Below are positions 50,820 through 64,000 of a DNA stretch of 64,000 nucleotides, one piece after another (within the stretch, counting starts at the first letter, position 1; every line of letters starts with the position of its first letter). This DNA comes from the human T2T-CHM13v2.0 reference genome, Homo sapiens. Under the pieces are notes generated by a model. That model saw nothing but the letters and a program-made list of their open reading frames with translations. It was not told where the DNA came from and did no database searches. The stretch lies in the NCBI RefSeq assembly GCF_009914755.1, contig NC_060930.1; one strand, written 5' to 3'. Position numbers and translations under genes: made by a program.

Positions 50820-51500
50820 TGTCTTAGTTTGTTTGCACTGTCGCTACAGAATACCATAGACAGGGTAGCTTATAAACAACAGAAATGTTTCTAATGGTAC
50901 CGGAGGCTGGATGGTGCAAAATCAAGGTGCTTGCAGATTTGGTGTCTGGTCAGAGCCCATTTTTTAGTTCATAGATTACTGTCCTCTAGCTCACATGGCA
51001 GAAGGGGCAAGGACGCTTTCTGGGGTCTCTTTTATAAGGGCACTAATCCCCGGCTGGGCACGGTGGCTCACGTCTGTAATCCCAGTACTTTGGGAGGCTG
51101 AGGCAGGCAGATCACGAGGTCAGGAGGTCCAGACCAGCCTGGCCAGTATGGTGAAACCCCGTCTCTACTAAAAATACAAAAATTAGCCAGGTGTGGTGGT
51201 GCGTACCTGTAGTCTCAGCTACTCAGCTACTCAGGAGGCTGAGGCAGAAGAAACACTTGAACCCAGGAGGCAGACGTTGCAGTGAGCTGACATGGCGCCA
51301 CTGCACTCCAGCCTGGGTAACAGAGCAAGACTCTGTCTCAAAAATAAATAAATAAATAAAAATAAAAATAAAAATAAAAATAAGAAATAATAATCAAGGC
51401 ACTAATCCCCAACATGAAGACAGACTATCATCTACCAAAAGCTCCACCTCCTACTATCATTACATTGGGGGTTAGGATTTCACAAATTCAGTGCATCATA
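50820..51500 (-). mobile_element. MaLR LTR (MST/MLT1A-like) split by a + strand Alu (51052-51395), within older MLT1-like sequence
   Basis: TGTCTTAGTTTGTTTGCACTG start; Alu TSD GGCACTAATCCCC on both sides. Confidence 0.75.
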
Positions 51501-54500
51501 GTCTGCTTCTAGAATGTTTAATCATTTGGCTGGATATCAGATAGGATGCCTCGGTTCTTCATGTGAGCTTTCTAGAAAAGATACTTTGGAATTATTTGCA
51601 TGGTGGCTGGGCTCGTAAAGAGTTGAAGGAGAGAAAGAGAGAGAAACACCAGTAAGGAGCAAATTAGTTCACTCAAAATTAAAACCCTAGCCTTTGTGAC
51701 CTTGTCTCAGAAGGTAACATTCCAATCCTGTGGTGTTTTATTTCTTAGATGGGAGTCACTCAGCTTAGCCTGCCTTCAAGGGGAGGAGTATGAAGCTCCA
51801 CTTCTTAAACTGAGGAGGATCAACAAATATGTAGATATATATATATTTTTAATAGTATTACAGCTCATGAACCCATTTAAACCCATTTTAGAACTTTAAA
51901 GAAATATTTTAAAACGGAATTTTCAATTAAGCCGAAGAAATTGCCAGCTGTGGAACAGTGAACTTTATCGCTGAAATCACACACATATGTACACACACAC
52001 AGTGTAAACTCATACATGATCAAATCTATAACCTTATTACACAAAGTTTTGTGAGAGGAAAAATGCTTGACTTTTCAAAAGGGCTCATTTATTAAAAATA
52101 AAATTACCATTGTGTTCATTTTAGCTGCAACCTTTAAGCAATCAATGACTATATACTTGCTGTAATCATCCTTTAAAATTAGAATTATTGAAAAGCTTTA
52201 TCACTGATGAATGAAAGAAAGTAATATTGACTTGTGGCCAAGAGAGAGAATCTCAGGCAATAAACAGGTGCAGTCTTTGAAGGAATCGTTTTATTTTATT
52301 AACTTTCTGACATTATTGAAGCCAATTTTAAATAAATTCATCATGTTTTTAAATTTAATCACATATTATTTTATCATACCTTAGGTAAAGTTTCAATCTA
52401 AGTAACTCCTGGATAAAAAATGAAGTATATCAATTTACAATTACAAATACCCAAATTGTAGAGGCATGCATTTTTCAATGACATTTATAAATTGTGTTTT
52501 GTTGTTTGTGCCTTGTGTTTGTTTTATTTATCAAATTAATTTATATAGATATATGTATGGAAATGAGACAGATATAACCAGTTCTCTATAAGTAAGCATT
52601 ATTTAATGGAGTCTTTCCTTTCACTAATGATCATCAGGACAGCTAGGGAAGTGAGTTGAAATTTTCAGGCCATTAGGTTAATAGTTCCAGTAATTCTAGT
52701 AATGTTTCGACAGTCATAATATAAATGATACTATGTGGCTTGAATTAATGCATTTTCTTATGTAACAAATAATAAGACAATTTTTAAAAGTGGTAATTAC
52801 TATTTTTAAATATGACAATTAAAAATAACGAAAGAAAAGAGGTTGTACATTGAGTAGCCATAACATTATCTTTAAACATATTTATTCTTCATTTCCTAAC
52901 TTTTCCCACCTTTTGGCTAAATCGTATGTTCTTTCTCTCACCTCACTTCTGTTTTATTACTCTCTGGGAAAGATTTTTATATAAAACGTCTAAGCAATCA
53001 AACCTAACGCAGGATGAATTTCTACACATTACTATACCCTCTGGTCACTATTTTTTTCTTCTCTTTATTGCCCATTTCCCTGTTCTTGAAACATTCCAAT
53101 TATTTGCCTTCCATGACATTCTACTCTTACTTTTACTTTTCTGTCTCTGATTACTCATTTCCAGTTCCCTTTGTCATCTCCTTGTCTTCCTACACCTGCC
53201 AATTAAATGTGAATTTCCTCTGCATTTCATCTTATGTCTCCTTTTCTTCTGCCAAATTCTCTCCTTAGACAAATACAGTCATTCCCATGGTTTTATATCC
53301 CACTTATCTTCAGGGGCTCTAGAATGTATAGCGCCAGGCCAAATCTATCTTAAGAACTTACTTTACTTAACCAATTACATCTGCATCTGCTCAGGATCAT
53401 GTAACCCAGATCAGAATTTGGCTCTTTTGTAGACCCATTTTTTCTTTTCCTGGAAGTCTATTTTGACACCTACTTTCTGTCACTACCCACATTTTAGCAT
53501 TTAGCCTTGTCGATTTACTCTCATCCATATGTAACTCTATCCATTTTCTTCTCTCTATTATGAACAGCAGTTTGAGCCATCATGACCAATTTTGCAGTAT
53601 CTTCTTAAATTAGCCTCCTGTTTCGCATTGGACATTTTCACCCCCCAGCAATTCCACCCATTTCATTCTCGGAAAAATATAAATGAAGAGTTAGTTACAT
53701 TTTTCAATAGCCATAATCATTAAATTTCCATGCATAAGAAAATGTTCAGAACAGTATCAGTGCATTTATAATAAAATTTAAAAACTTGACCCACAAACCT
53801 CTACTTGTCCTTCTAGTTTTATTTCATTTGTCTCTCGTCAATCTCTACATTCTGATCACCACAATCTTTTAATTCATCTGAAAGCTAAGCTCTCTCTTAA
53901 TTTAGATTCTCTATACTTGCAATTTTGTCTACCTAGAAGTGTTTTCTTCCATCTTTGGATTGTTATTGCAAATCCATTGAATAGTTCTCATCTGAATTGT
54001 TTCTTCCTTGGGATGACTTATAAACACTTCATCCTACAGCCAAATCAGAAGACCAATATCAAAATCTTTCATCACATCCTAAATTTGCTTATATGTAATT
54101 ATATGGCAAGAATCTCTTTGTCTTTATAATCATTATTCACTTATCTATGTTTTTTAAAAACTCTTCTATGTGGTGATGCTAAGCTCCGTAATGTTGGGCT
54201 TGTTACCTGTCTCAACTATCTTCCACACCTACCACAGTACCTGCTACATAGATGTATTCAATATATATTTTTAGAATTAGTAAATGATGAGCAAGCGTGT
54301 ACTTTTGTTCTCTTTCATTACAGTGTTAGAAACGCTATTACAGCATTAGAAAAGATAATCAGAAAGAAAATTTAATAGATCATCAGAAAAAAATCCCAAG
54401 ATTTTTAGGCAAATGAGCCTATAAACACAGGTGGAATGGACTTGCAATTTACCAAGAAATAGGTTTGTCATACTTAGAAACCAACTGTATAAACATGTTT

Positions 54501-56114
54501 TTATCTATTAATAACTTCATTTTCCAAAACGCTCTACTTTATATGAGACAATTCTTGATGGAAATACCATTTGCTTCTAGGCTCGTTGCTTAAACATAAA
54601 GTTAAAAATCTTTGTATGACACATAAAATTGTGGTGACTGCTTAACTTTGCAACTATAGTGCTCCTGAAATGCTCATCTAACCACTCTGTGTTCCAGACC
54701 TACAAAACTTAGATGGTGCTAAAATTGTGTAAAAATTGTGTATTTCTTCTACAACTGACTTCTGATAAAAAGGGGGCAGAGAAGGTTAACTCTCTCCCCC
54801 TTTAGCTTTATTTGCTTAGTGAATTTCTACAAAACATAATTTAAGTGCTATATTTTTCCAAGGTTTTAATAAGGAAATAAAAACCGCAATAGGTATCTTA
54901 AGCAGAAAGTGCATTTCATACATATACAATAGGAAGAGCTAAAATAACTAAAGTCACTGTGGCATGGAGGAAGGTTTTGAGTTATTGAATTCAAAGGCAC
55001 GCAATCATTTCTGCAATCCTGGGTCAAAAAGATGCTCCTACTATTAAAACTTTAAGCTTCTTAGGCCCATGAAACTGGGGATTAGGCACAAGGATATTGA
55101 ATCCTACCACTTCCACTACTTCTGAACTACTGTCTCCATGATTTCACTTGCCAGAATCAACAATAGCAAGACAGGCTTTGATCTCTTCCATTTTTCTAAG
55201 TCTGATTCATATGCAAACAATGGGTAAGTGGTCTAAGCTGCATTCATAAAGCTGGCTCAAGGGAAGCTGCATTGCTTGTTTTGTTTTGTTTTAATTTTCT
55301 AACCTCTTCAAAGAGTGGAACGAAGGTTGAGGAAACCTGTCCACACAGTCTACCACACACCTTCCACGAAAGGTTCCCCAACACCTCCAACAAAATAATG
55401 TAAACACATGCTGGAACCTATATTACTCTCACACCATAACACTTCCCACACTTCCCACAATACTTTTTCTCTTCATGGGAATATCCTTCCAAAACATGCT
55501 GATATCTCCTAAGCATTATTCATCTGTCGAATTTTCCCACCTATTGTAAGGTCTTCCAATTGTTAGGTTCTTAATAAACACATTTTAAATTATTAAAATT
55601 CTGAACTAATGGGTAATCAGCTGTACAACCCGAATTGCTGATTTGCATACAGCTGAAGTCCCTCCTCAAAACTTCTGTAATACATGAAACTTAGGCAAAT
55701 GGTTGGGTCATTACCATATATTACTTTGTATTTTTATTTATCAGTATATGTGATTACAGTTATGCTTATGTTTATTGATACGTATATGTTAACTTTTATA
55801 CATATGTACATTGTATTATTTTGTTACATAGCACAGCGTTTTGTACTCAAAAAGTGACCAATAATAATAAGCTGCATACTTTGGGAAGCATTGCAGGCTA
55901 GTCATACAGTTTTATTTTTTTTTTCCCTGCAGCCTGACAACCTCTTTAGTCATTCACTAAACCTCTCTCAGCTTCAGTTTCTTCATCTGCAACATATAGC
56001 AAATAATAAAACTTAACTCAGATGGTTCTAGTGTGAAATAATACAGAGTAAATGTGTCACCAAATACAAACCAATGGCTTGATTGACATAACTCATTGCT
56101 AATTTTCTTGAAAT

Positions 56115-57860
<1,746 letters not shown>

Positions 57861-58447
57861 ATTGCCTTCTGTACTTACTTTAGCCCAGTTATTGTTAGGT
57901 TCAACATTCAGCACTTTACTTAAATTTTCTATAGCTTTCTGGACCTTTTCTTGATATTTATATATAGTAGTGTGGCACAGAAGTGCTAATATTTAACAAA
58001 ATAAAAGTTATATTTTTAATAAAAAATTAATTAAAAGGTTGTAGAATCTCAGGATGGAATGCAGACTGTTACAAATTTATCTAGTTCTATTATGAACCAT
58101 ACAAAATAACTTCAGTGAGGGACTTAAGGGAAAGGGTGCTAGTCAAAGTGATACTGAAAATGAGTGCAGTCTCTTAAGATGAAAGGCAAAAGAAACTTGT
58201 ACGAAGGCATTTAATTTAGTTGATAAAGATGTTCTTCTACTAAGGGCAGGTTAGCAAGTCTGCTACAGCTATATACATATACTGGAAGTGAACAATTAAC
58301 TAAATAGATGTCACAAAGTAAGAGTCAGGATTTTTATTGTTGGAGTGGGGGTTTAGAGATACAGGAAGGCATTGATGCTTGCGGGACTAGGTTAGAGGTA
58401 GTGACATCAGTAAGAACCCATGTTTAGCTTAATATAGACATAGATGG

Positions 58448-58830
58448 TGATATGGTTTACATTTTGTCCCCTCTCAAACCTCTTGTCCAATTGTAATCGC
58501 CAGTGTTGAAGGAGGGGTCTAGTGGGAGGGGACTGGATTATGGGGGCAGATTTCCTCCTTGCTGTTCTTGTGATAATGAGTTAGTTCTCGCACAATCTGG
58601 CTGTTTAAAAGTGTGTAGCATCTCCCCCTTACTTCTCTTCCTCCTTCTCCAGCCATGTAAGATGTGCCTGCTTCCTCTTTGCCTTCTGCTATGACTGTAC
58701 GTTTTCTGAGGCTTCCCCATCCTTGCTTCCTGTACAGCCTGTGGAACTGTGAGGCAATTAAAGCTCTTTTCTTCATAAATTACCTAGTATCAGGTAGTTC
58801 TTTATAACAATGGGATAATGGACTAATATA
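58448..58830 (+). mobile_element. MaLR solo LTR (MSTA-like) inside an old L1M 3' UTR relic
   Basis: TGATATGGTTT ... CTTCCTGTACAGCCTGTGGAACTGTGAG ... AATGGACTAATATA; flanks GATGG/GATGT. Confidence 0.85.
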
Positions 58831-60385
58831 GATGTTTACATATAGAAATATTTAAAGATATGTGTCTATATATGTGTAAGAATATACACATTGTTTCTTT
58901 GCTCTCTCATCTTAGAGAGCTATGAAAAAACTGATACTCCCTTAGCTACAAGCACAGCTAGCACTTAAATATTGATTTCATATATAGAAAGCAGGGCGTC
59001 TTTGAAAGTGGCTGATTCTAAGAACGGGGAAGAAAATACACAAGATGAGCCTGGGACATCCTCTAGTGCCAGAAATTATGAAAATACTAACAAAAATCTA
59101 TTTGGGAGATATGTCAAACAAGCACAGGGGCCAAGTGAAAGGTCTTTCAATTTCTAGAATAATTTTAGCAACACAATAAATTAATTGGTATTATATTTGG
59201 ATTATACCCAAAAATGTAATTTTCCTTAGTCCATACTGATATCAATAAATGATTGAATAAACAAATGAATGAGATAAGAGAGGTAAATCTCCTCTGCAAA
59301 TAATTTACATATGTATTCCAACTAAAGGAAGTCAGCTCTTAAAGACATCTTAAGCAATGCTGCAACTGAATTAGCTTTCCAAAGATACTGTCACAATTCA
59401 TCTATTCCAAGACCCATACATTTCATATTTTAATATCTCCTGAAAATATAATGCATTTTACAATTCAGTGGTATGTCTTAGTTTAATTAGCCACAATGCG
59501 AATTACTTGCTTAACGGGACATAAAATAGTGCATTATACAATCTATGGGCTCTTGGACTCAAGAAAATACGACAGAAAGGAGTTTATGTTAGAGTCTGCA
59601 CACTGACTAAAGATCAGAGCAGAAAGCAGATTCTAGGAACAGTCACATTTGTGGCAGTCACTGGTCTCGGCATGCAACAAAATTCAAAGTAAATAGTGGT
59701 AAGGTGGGAAATGGACAAAGCTATGTAGCTAGAATCAGAAGTCTTTGAAATCAAAACATCAAGATTCAAACTATTTAGGGGCAGTGGGGCTGACGTGGTG
59801 ACCGTGGGCCTGATCAGATAAAACCTTTACAAAGAAACAGTAGCTCTCAGACTCACCTCCTGAGACAGAGTTGTTCTGAGGGGAAAATGGGTAAGTTTCT
59901 ACAGTAACATACGGTACTTAAACATACAGTAAGATACAGTACTTAAAGCCCTGACCTGTCCAGTTCCCAACACATCTTCCTTGATGGGCATCTAAATGTC
60001 ACCTTTTGGTTTTATTTTTGTGTTTTTCTCATCTAAGCTCTAAGAGCAAAGCCTGACAGGGTGAGCCCCCAAAGTGTGTTCATGTCTTAGAGTGTCCAGA
60101 AGCCACACAGGGAGTGTGCGAGTTTTTCATTTTCATGCCAGGGACAATGTCTCTCTTTATCGAGCTAATGGCAAGGTATGGGCCTCAGAATATGTACAGT
60201 TTGAACATATTTGCATCTTCCCTTTAATTAACTGTGAAATCTGTGAGGCTAATGAGAAGAAAATTGATGGGCAGTCGGTGGAAGAATTTTTTTTTCATTG
60301 TCATATCTTCAACTTTCCTGGGGTATAATAAGAGATGCACAGTCAATTCAGTATACTTGAAATGTGTGATGTGGTCAAATTTGAG

Positions 60386-60400
60386 ATATATATATATGTG

Positions 60401-60465
<65 letters not shown>
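60386..60465. repeat. (TA)n(TG)n(TA)n microsatellite
   Basis: Direct reading. Confidence 0.95.
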
Positions 60466-60466
<1 letters not shown>

Positions 60467-60927
60467 CTTTTGGAAATATCACTACACTCACAACCATCAT
60501 TATGAAAAGTTTTCTTGTGCACCTCAGTAATCAGTCTCTGCCTCCATGCTGTCTCCAGGCAGCCATTTGATTTTCCATCAGGTAACATGAGTGAGAAGAA
60601 GAAAATGTTTGTTGCAAGCTATTGAAATTTTGTGGTTGTTCACTTTTTAGAAACTCTTTGGAATTTTCTTTCTCATATCTTTATTAACATATAAAGTGTC
60701 TGTTTGGCATACTTTCAGATAATGTAAATAATATACTCAGCAATTGTTTTGTGCTGGGCTTCCATTTAATCTTTCAAGGTCATATGGATTTTTATAGCTT
60801 TAAATGTTGTGTTTGGCATCTTAAGCTCACTATCTACCTACTGACTCTTAAATCCCAAACTCTAAAGAGGTTCTGAAGATTCCAAACAATGGCTTGATAG
60901 CTTAAAGTAAAAAAAAGCTCAGGATAA

Positions 60928-61256
<329 letters not shown>

Positions 61257-61549
61257 TTGAGAAAGTGCTTTTAAGCTCCTTCCTAAATGAATGATTATTT
61301 AGTCTTGCAGTGTCCATAATTTCTTTAGGTCACTTACGGAAGTCTCAAACTTGTCTGTAACACCTGATAATAACTTCCAGTACTATTCTAAAATGTAGAT
61401 TTACTTTATCACATTTTCTTCTAACTTCTACTTGCCCGTTATAACAATCTTCATTCTTCTTTTGTACTTATATTTTCTCCTTTTAAAACTCAATATCTAG
61501 GTCCTCTCTTATAATTGTGCTTAAAATTCATCCTGCAGTAGTGTCAGAG

Positions 61550-62294
61550 CAGGGTTTCTCAAAGTCATTGTGGGGAACTATCGTGTATATTGTAAGATGA
61601 TTAGCAACATCCCTAGCCTCGACCACCAGATGCCAGTAGCACACCCTCTCTTTCACAGTTTTTTTTTTTTAATCAGAAATATCTGTACACATTGACAAAT
61701 GTCCACCAGATGGTAAGAAGAATGTGGGGTGTAAAATTCCCATTTTTGAGACCCACTTGCTTAGAATGTATTAAAGACCTATAATTGAAAATACCTTGGC
61801 AAAATCTCCCAAAATTGTCTCTCAAAATAACAGTATATACAGTGTAACTAACATACACAACATCCTAAGTTATACTCATGAAAAAATCTAAGAAAAACTC
61901 TATATGATGATATTTAGATATTACAGTCACTATATTAACTATTAGGATAATGTGCCACTAATTCCCAATCGTCACGGCTTTCATGTAGTGCTTGCTCCAT
62001 ATTGTCTTAATGTTAATCCTTAACATACACAGCCTAACATATTTATTGATGTGAAAGTTTTTGTTTTATTTTCAACAACACGGTCTCAACCAGGGGTGAT
62101 TTTCACTACCAGGGACAATTTGTCAATGTTTAGAGACATTTTAGTTTTTACTGCTGTAGGTAGTGGAGTGTGCTATTCACATCCGGTAAGTTTAGGGCAG
62201 GAAAACCGGTAAACCTCCTATAATACGAGGCTAGAGCCCACAACAAAATTATCAGGTCCAAAAATGTCAACAGTATTGAAGGTGAGACAATTTC
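61550..62294. mobile_element. Two MER20 hAT MITEs in opposite orientation (61550-61757 -, 62078-62294 +)
   Basis: AGATGCCAGTAGCAC ... ACATTGACAAATGTCC, and TCTCAACCAGGGGTGATTTT ... TTTGTCAATGTTTAGAGACATTTT ... AAAATGTCAACAGT. Confidence 0.75.
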
Positions 62295-62487
62295 TAGGGA
62301 GATATTACACCTTGATATTCTCATTTAATATGCTGGTAATGTAATCCAGCATTTTTCCGAAAATGAGAATAGCCTGGTGGCCTTAAATGTCATTGTTTTA
62401 CTCTTATTTACATTGGACTAAAGAATGAGATCAAATGCAGCTGAATAATTTGGATATTTAAAGCAATAACATTTTTCACTAATGCGC

Positions 62488-62600
62488 ATAGGCTTAATGC
62501 CTGGGTGACAAAATAACCTGTATACCTATTTACCTATAGGTTTAACCTATATAACAAACCTGCACATATACCCCTGAACTGAAAATAAAAGTTAATAAAT
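62488..62600 (+). mobile_element. Short L1PA 3'-UTR fragment
   Basis: ATAGGCTTAATGCCTGGGTGAC ... ATAACAAACCTGCACATATACCCCTGAACTGAAAATAAAAG. Confidence 0.75.
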
Positions 62601-64000
62601 AAAGTAATTACATTTGTTTAGAAATAAAATAAATTTAGAAATGGAAAATATTGTTGAAAATATTCTAAGAATTTTAAATTTATACATTAAAATAAAAATA
62701 ATCTGAATATTATTACTAATAGAAAATCTTTGTCTTGATCTCAAATTCCAAGTAGAATATCTTTAGACTATCTCTAGCAATAGCTAACAGAATAAGATTT
62801 ACAAACCTTGACAGATCATTTTTCATGCCTGTGTCATTTTAAAATAAACTGATGGCTGTTAAAACTTAATTTAGTTTGAGTCTCTTCCGGATCATATATA
62901 TAGTTTTATAGACAGCCATGTTCAATGAAATTATAATATGTAATACAAGAAATATGCCAGATGTAAAGTAAGAATCTCTTTTAAATGCTCTGATATTCAA
63001 AAATCCTTATCAGATTTGCTAAACTAACGATTTTAAACAAAACCTTTTAGTTAAGAAAGCATTGGTCTCAATAGTAAATCTGCCAATATGAATTGCTGCA
63101 TTTTATTTTTGAATTTTCTAAAGGACATCTGCCAGAGTAATTAGATATAAAGTCCTGCATGCAATCTAATAGTAGATGAAAAGTTTAAACTACCAATGAT
63201 ACAATATTGATGCACAGAGGAATGAATTGATTTTTTATGTTATTCTCAAATTGAAAGTCAATCTTTTTATAAAATAAATTACATTTATAAATAAATCCAA
63301 ATAGTGATATTTTAGCTCACTTTTGACAGTAGGTTTTCAGTTTCTGATGTTAACAATGGCACAATTATGATTTGTTGAATGACTTTAAAGTGATCAGATA
63401 AGGAAATAATTAGGGTTTGCAGTAGCTGGAGAAAGAAAAAGAAGAAATATTTTGATATTGCATACTCAATATGGCACATTCTACGTCATAGGCTTTAATA
63501 TCAGTTGACTACTCTCTTTAGAAGGAGTACGGTTTGACCTAGACCAGTTTATTTATTTATTCATTTTTGTAATAATTTTTCCTCATTCTCTTTGACACAT
63601 TGGTTAACCTAAAATTACTGCGCTGCTTAGGACATTGACTGAAAATCGTAGTCTTTCAGTTTGTGGCTGCTCACAGGATTTTTTTTTTTTTGCTTTGGCT
63701 TACTAAATAATCTTTTATTGGAGTTAAAACAACAAAGCTAGTAAAGATATATAAATCAATGCCAAAAAAAAGGAGACAGGTCTACTTATATGCCATTATC
63801 TTCTGTTATTGCCATTGGATAGAAGACAGACATTATCATTTTTAATCAATTGTATACTTCATAAATATGATACAACAGATATTTTTACTTCCAAGATTAT
63901 ACATAGAGTTTTTATGATTCCTTTGTGAGTGTGAACTACATAGCTGTCCCTAAAACATAATTCAGAACAGAAAGGTTTTATTTTTAATTATATAATTTTC

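Overview
Hominoid (human or great ape; species not determinable from the sequence alone) genomic DNA organised as a segmental-duplication mosaic with five blocks. (1) ~1-23.4 kb: AT-rich, with old L1, MaLR and DNA-transposon relics. (2) ~23.5-36.3 kb: GC- and Alu-dense, carrying an unprocessed beta-glucuronidase pseudogene fragment on the minus strand (GUSB exon 5, truncated exon 6, exons 9, 10, 11; exons 1-4, 7, 8 and 12 not found). (3) ~36.3-41.9 kb: L1, Tigger and MaLR relics ending in a THE1 element with a truncated 3' LTR. (4) ~42.0-46.6 kb: intronless POM121-like retrocopy on the plus strand, expanded by a 324-bp duplication and an ~819-bp tandem array with a 1637-bp dimeric higher-order period. 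(5) ~46.6-64 kb: AT-rich, repeat-dense. This GUSBP + POM121L arrangement matches my recollection of the chromosome 5 GUSBP/SMA-region duplicons; the exact paralog is unassigned. No intact canonical protein-coding gene is present. Main hypothesis: GUSBP exons 5 + truncated 6 + 9 + 10 total exactly 540 nt, are bracketed by inverted Alus, and if back-spliced form a circle whose reading frame has AUGs and no stop codon (candidate rolling-circle translation). Other leads: a 539-codon POM121L ORF downstream of a poly(A)-less THE1 LTR bearing a DUX4-type motif, a de novo hydrophobic C-terminal tail on the last POM121L repeat, and two young L1PA2-like insertions. Repeat subfamily calls are by eye and their boundaries are approximate.
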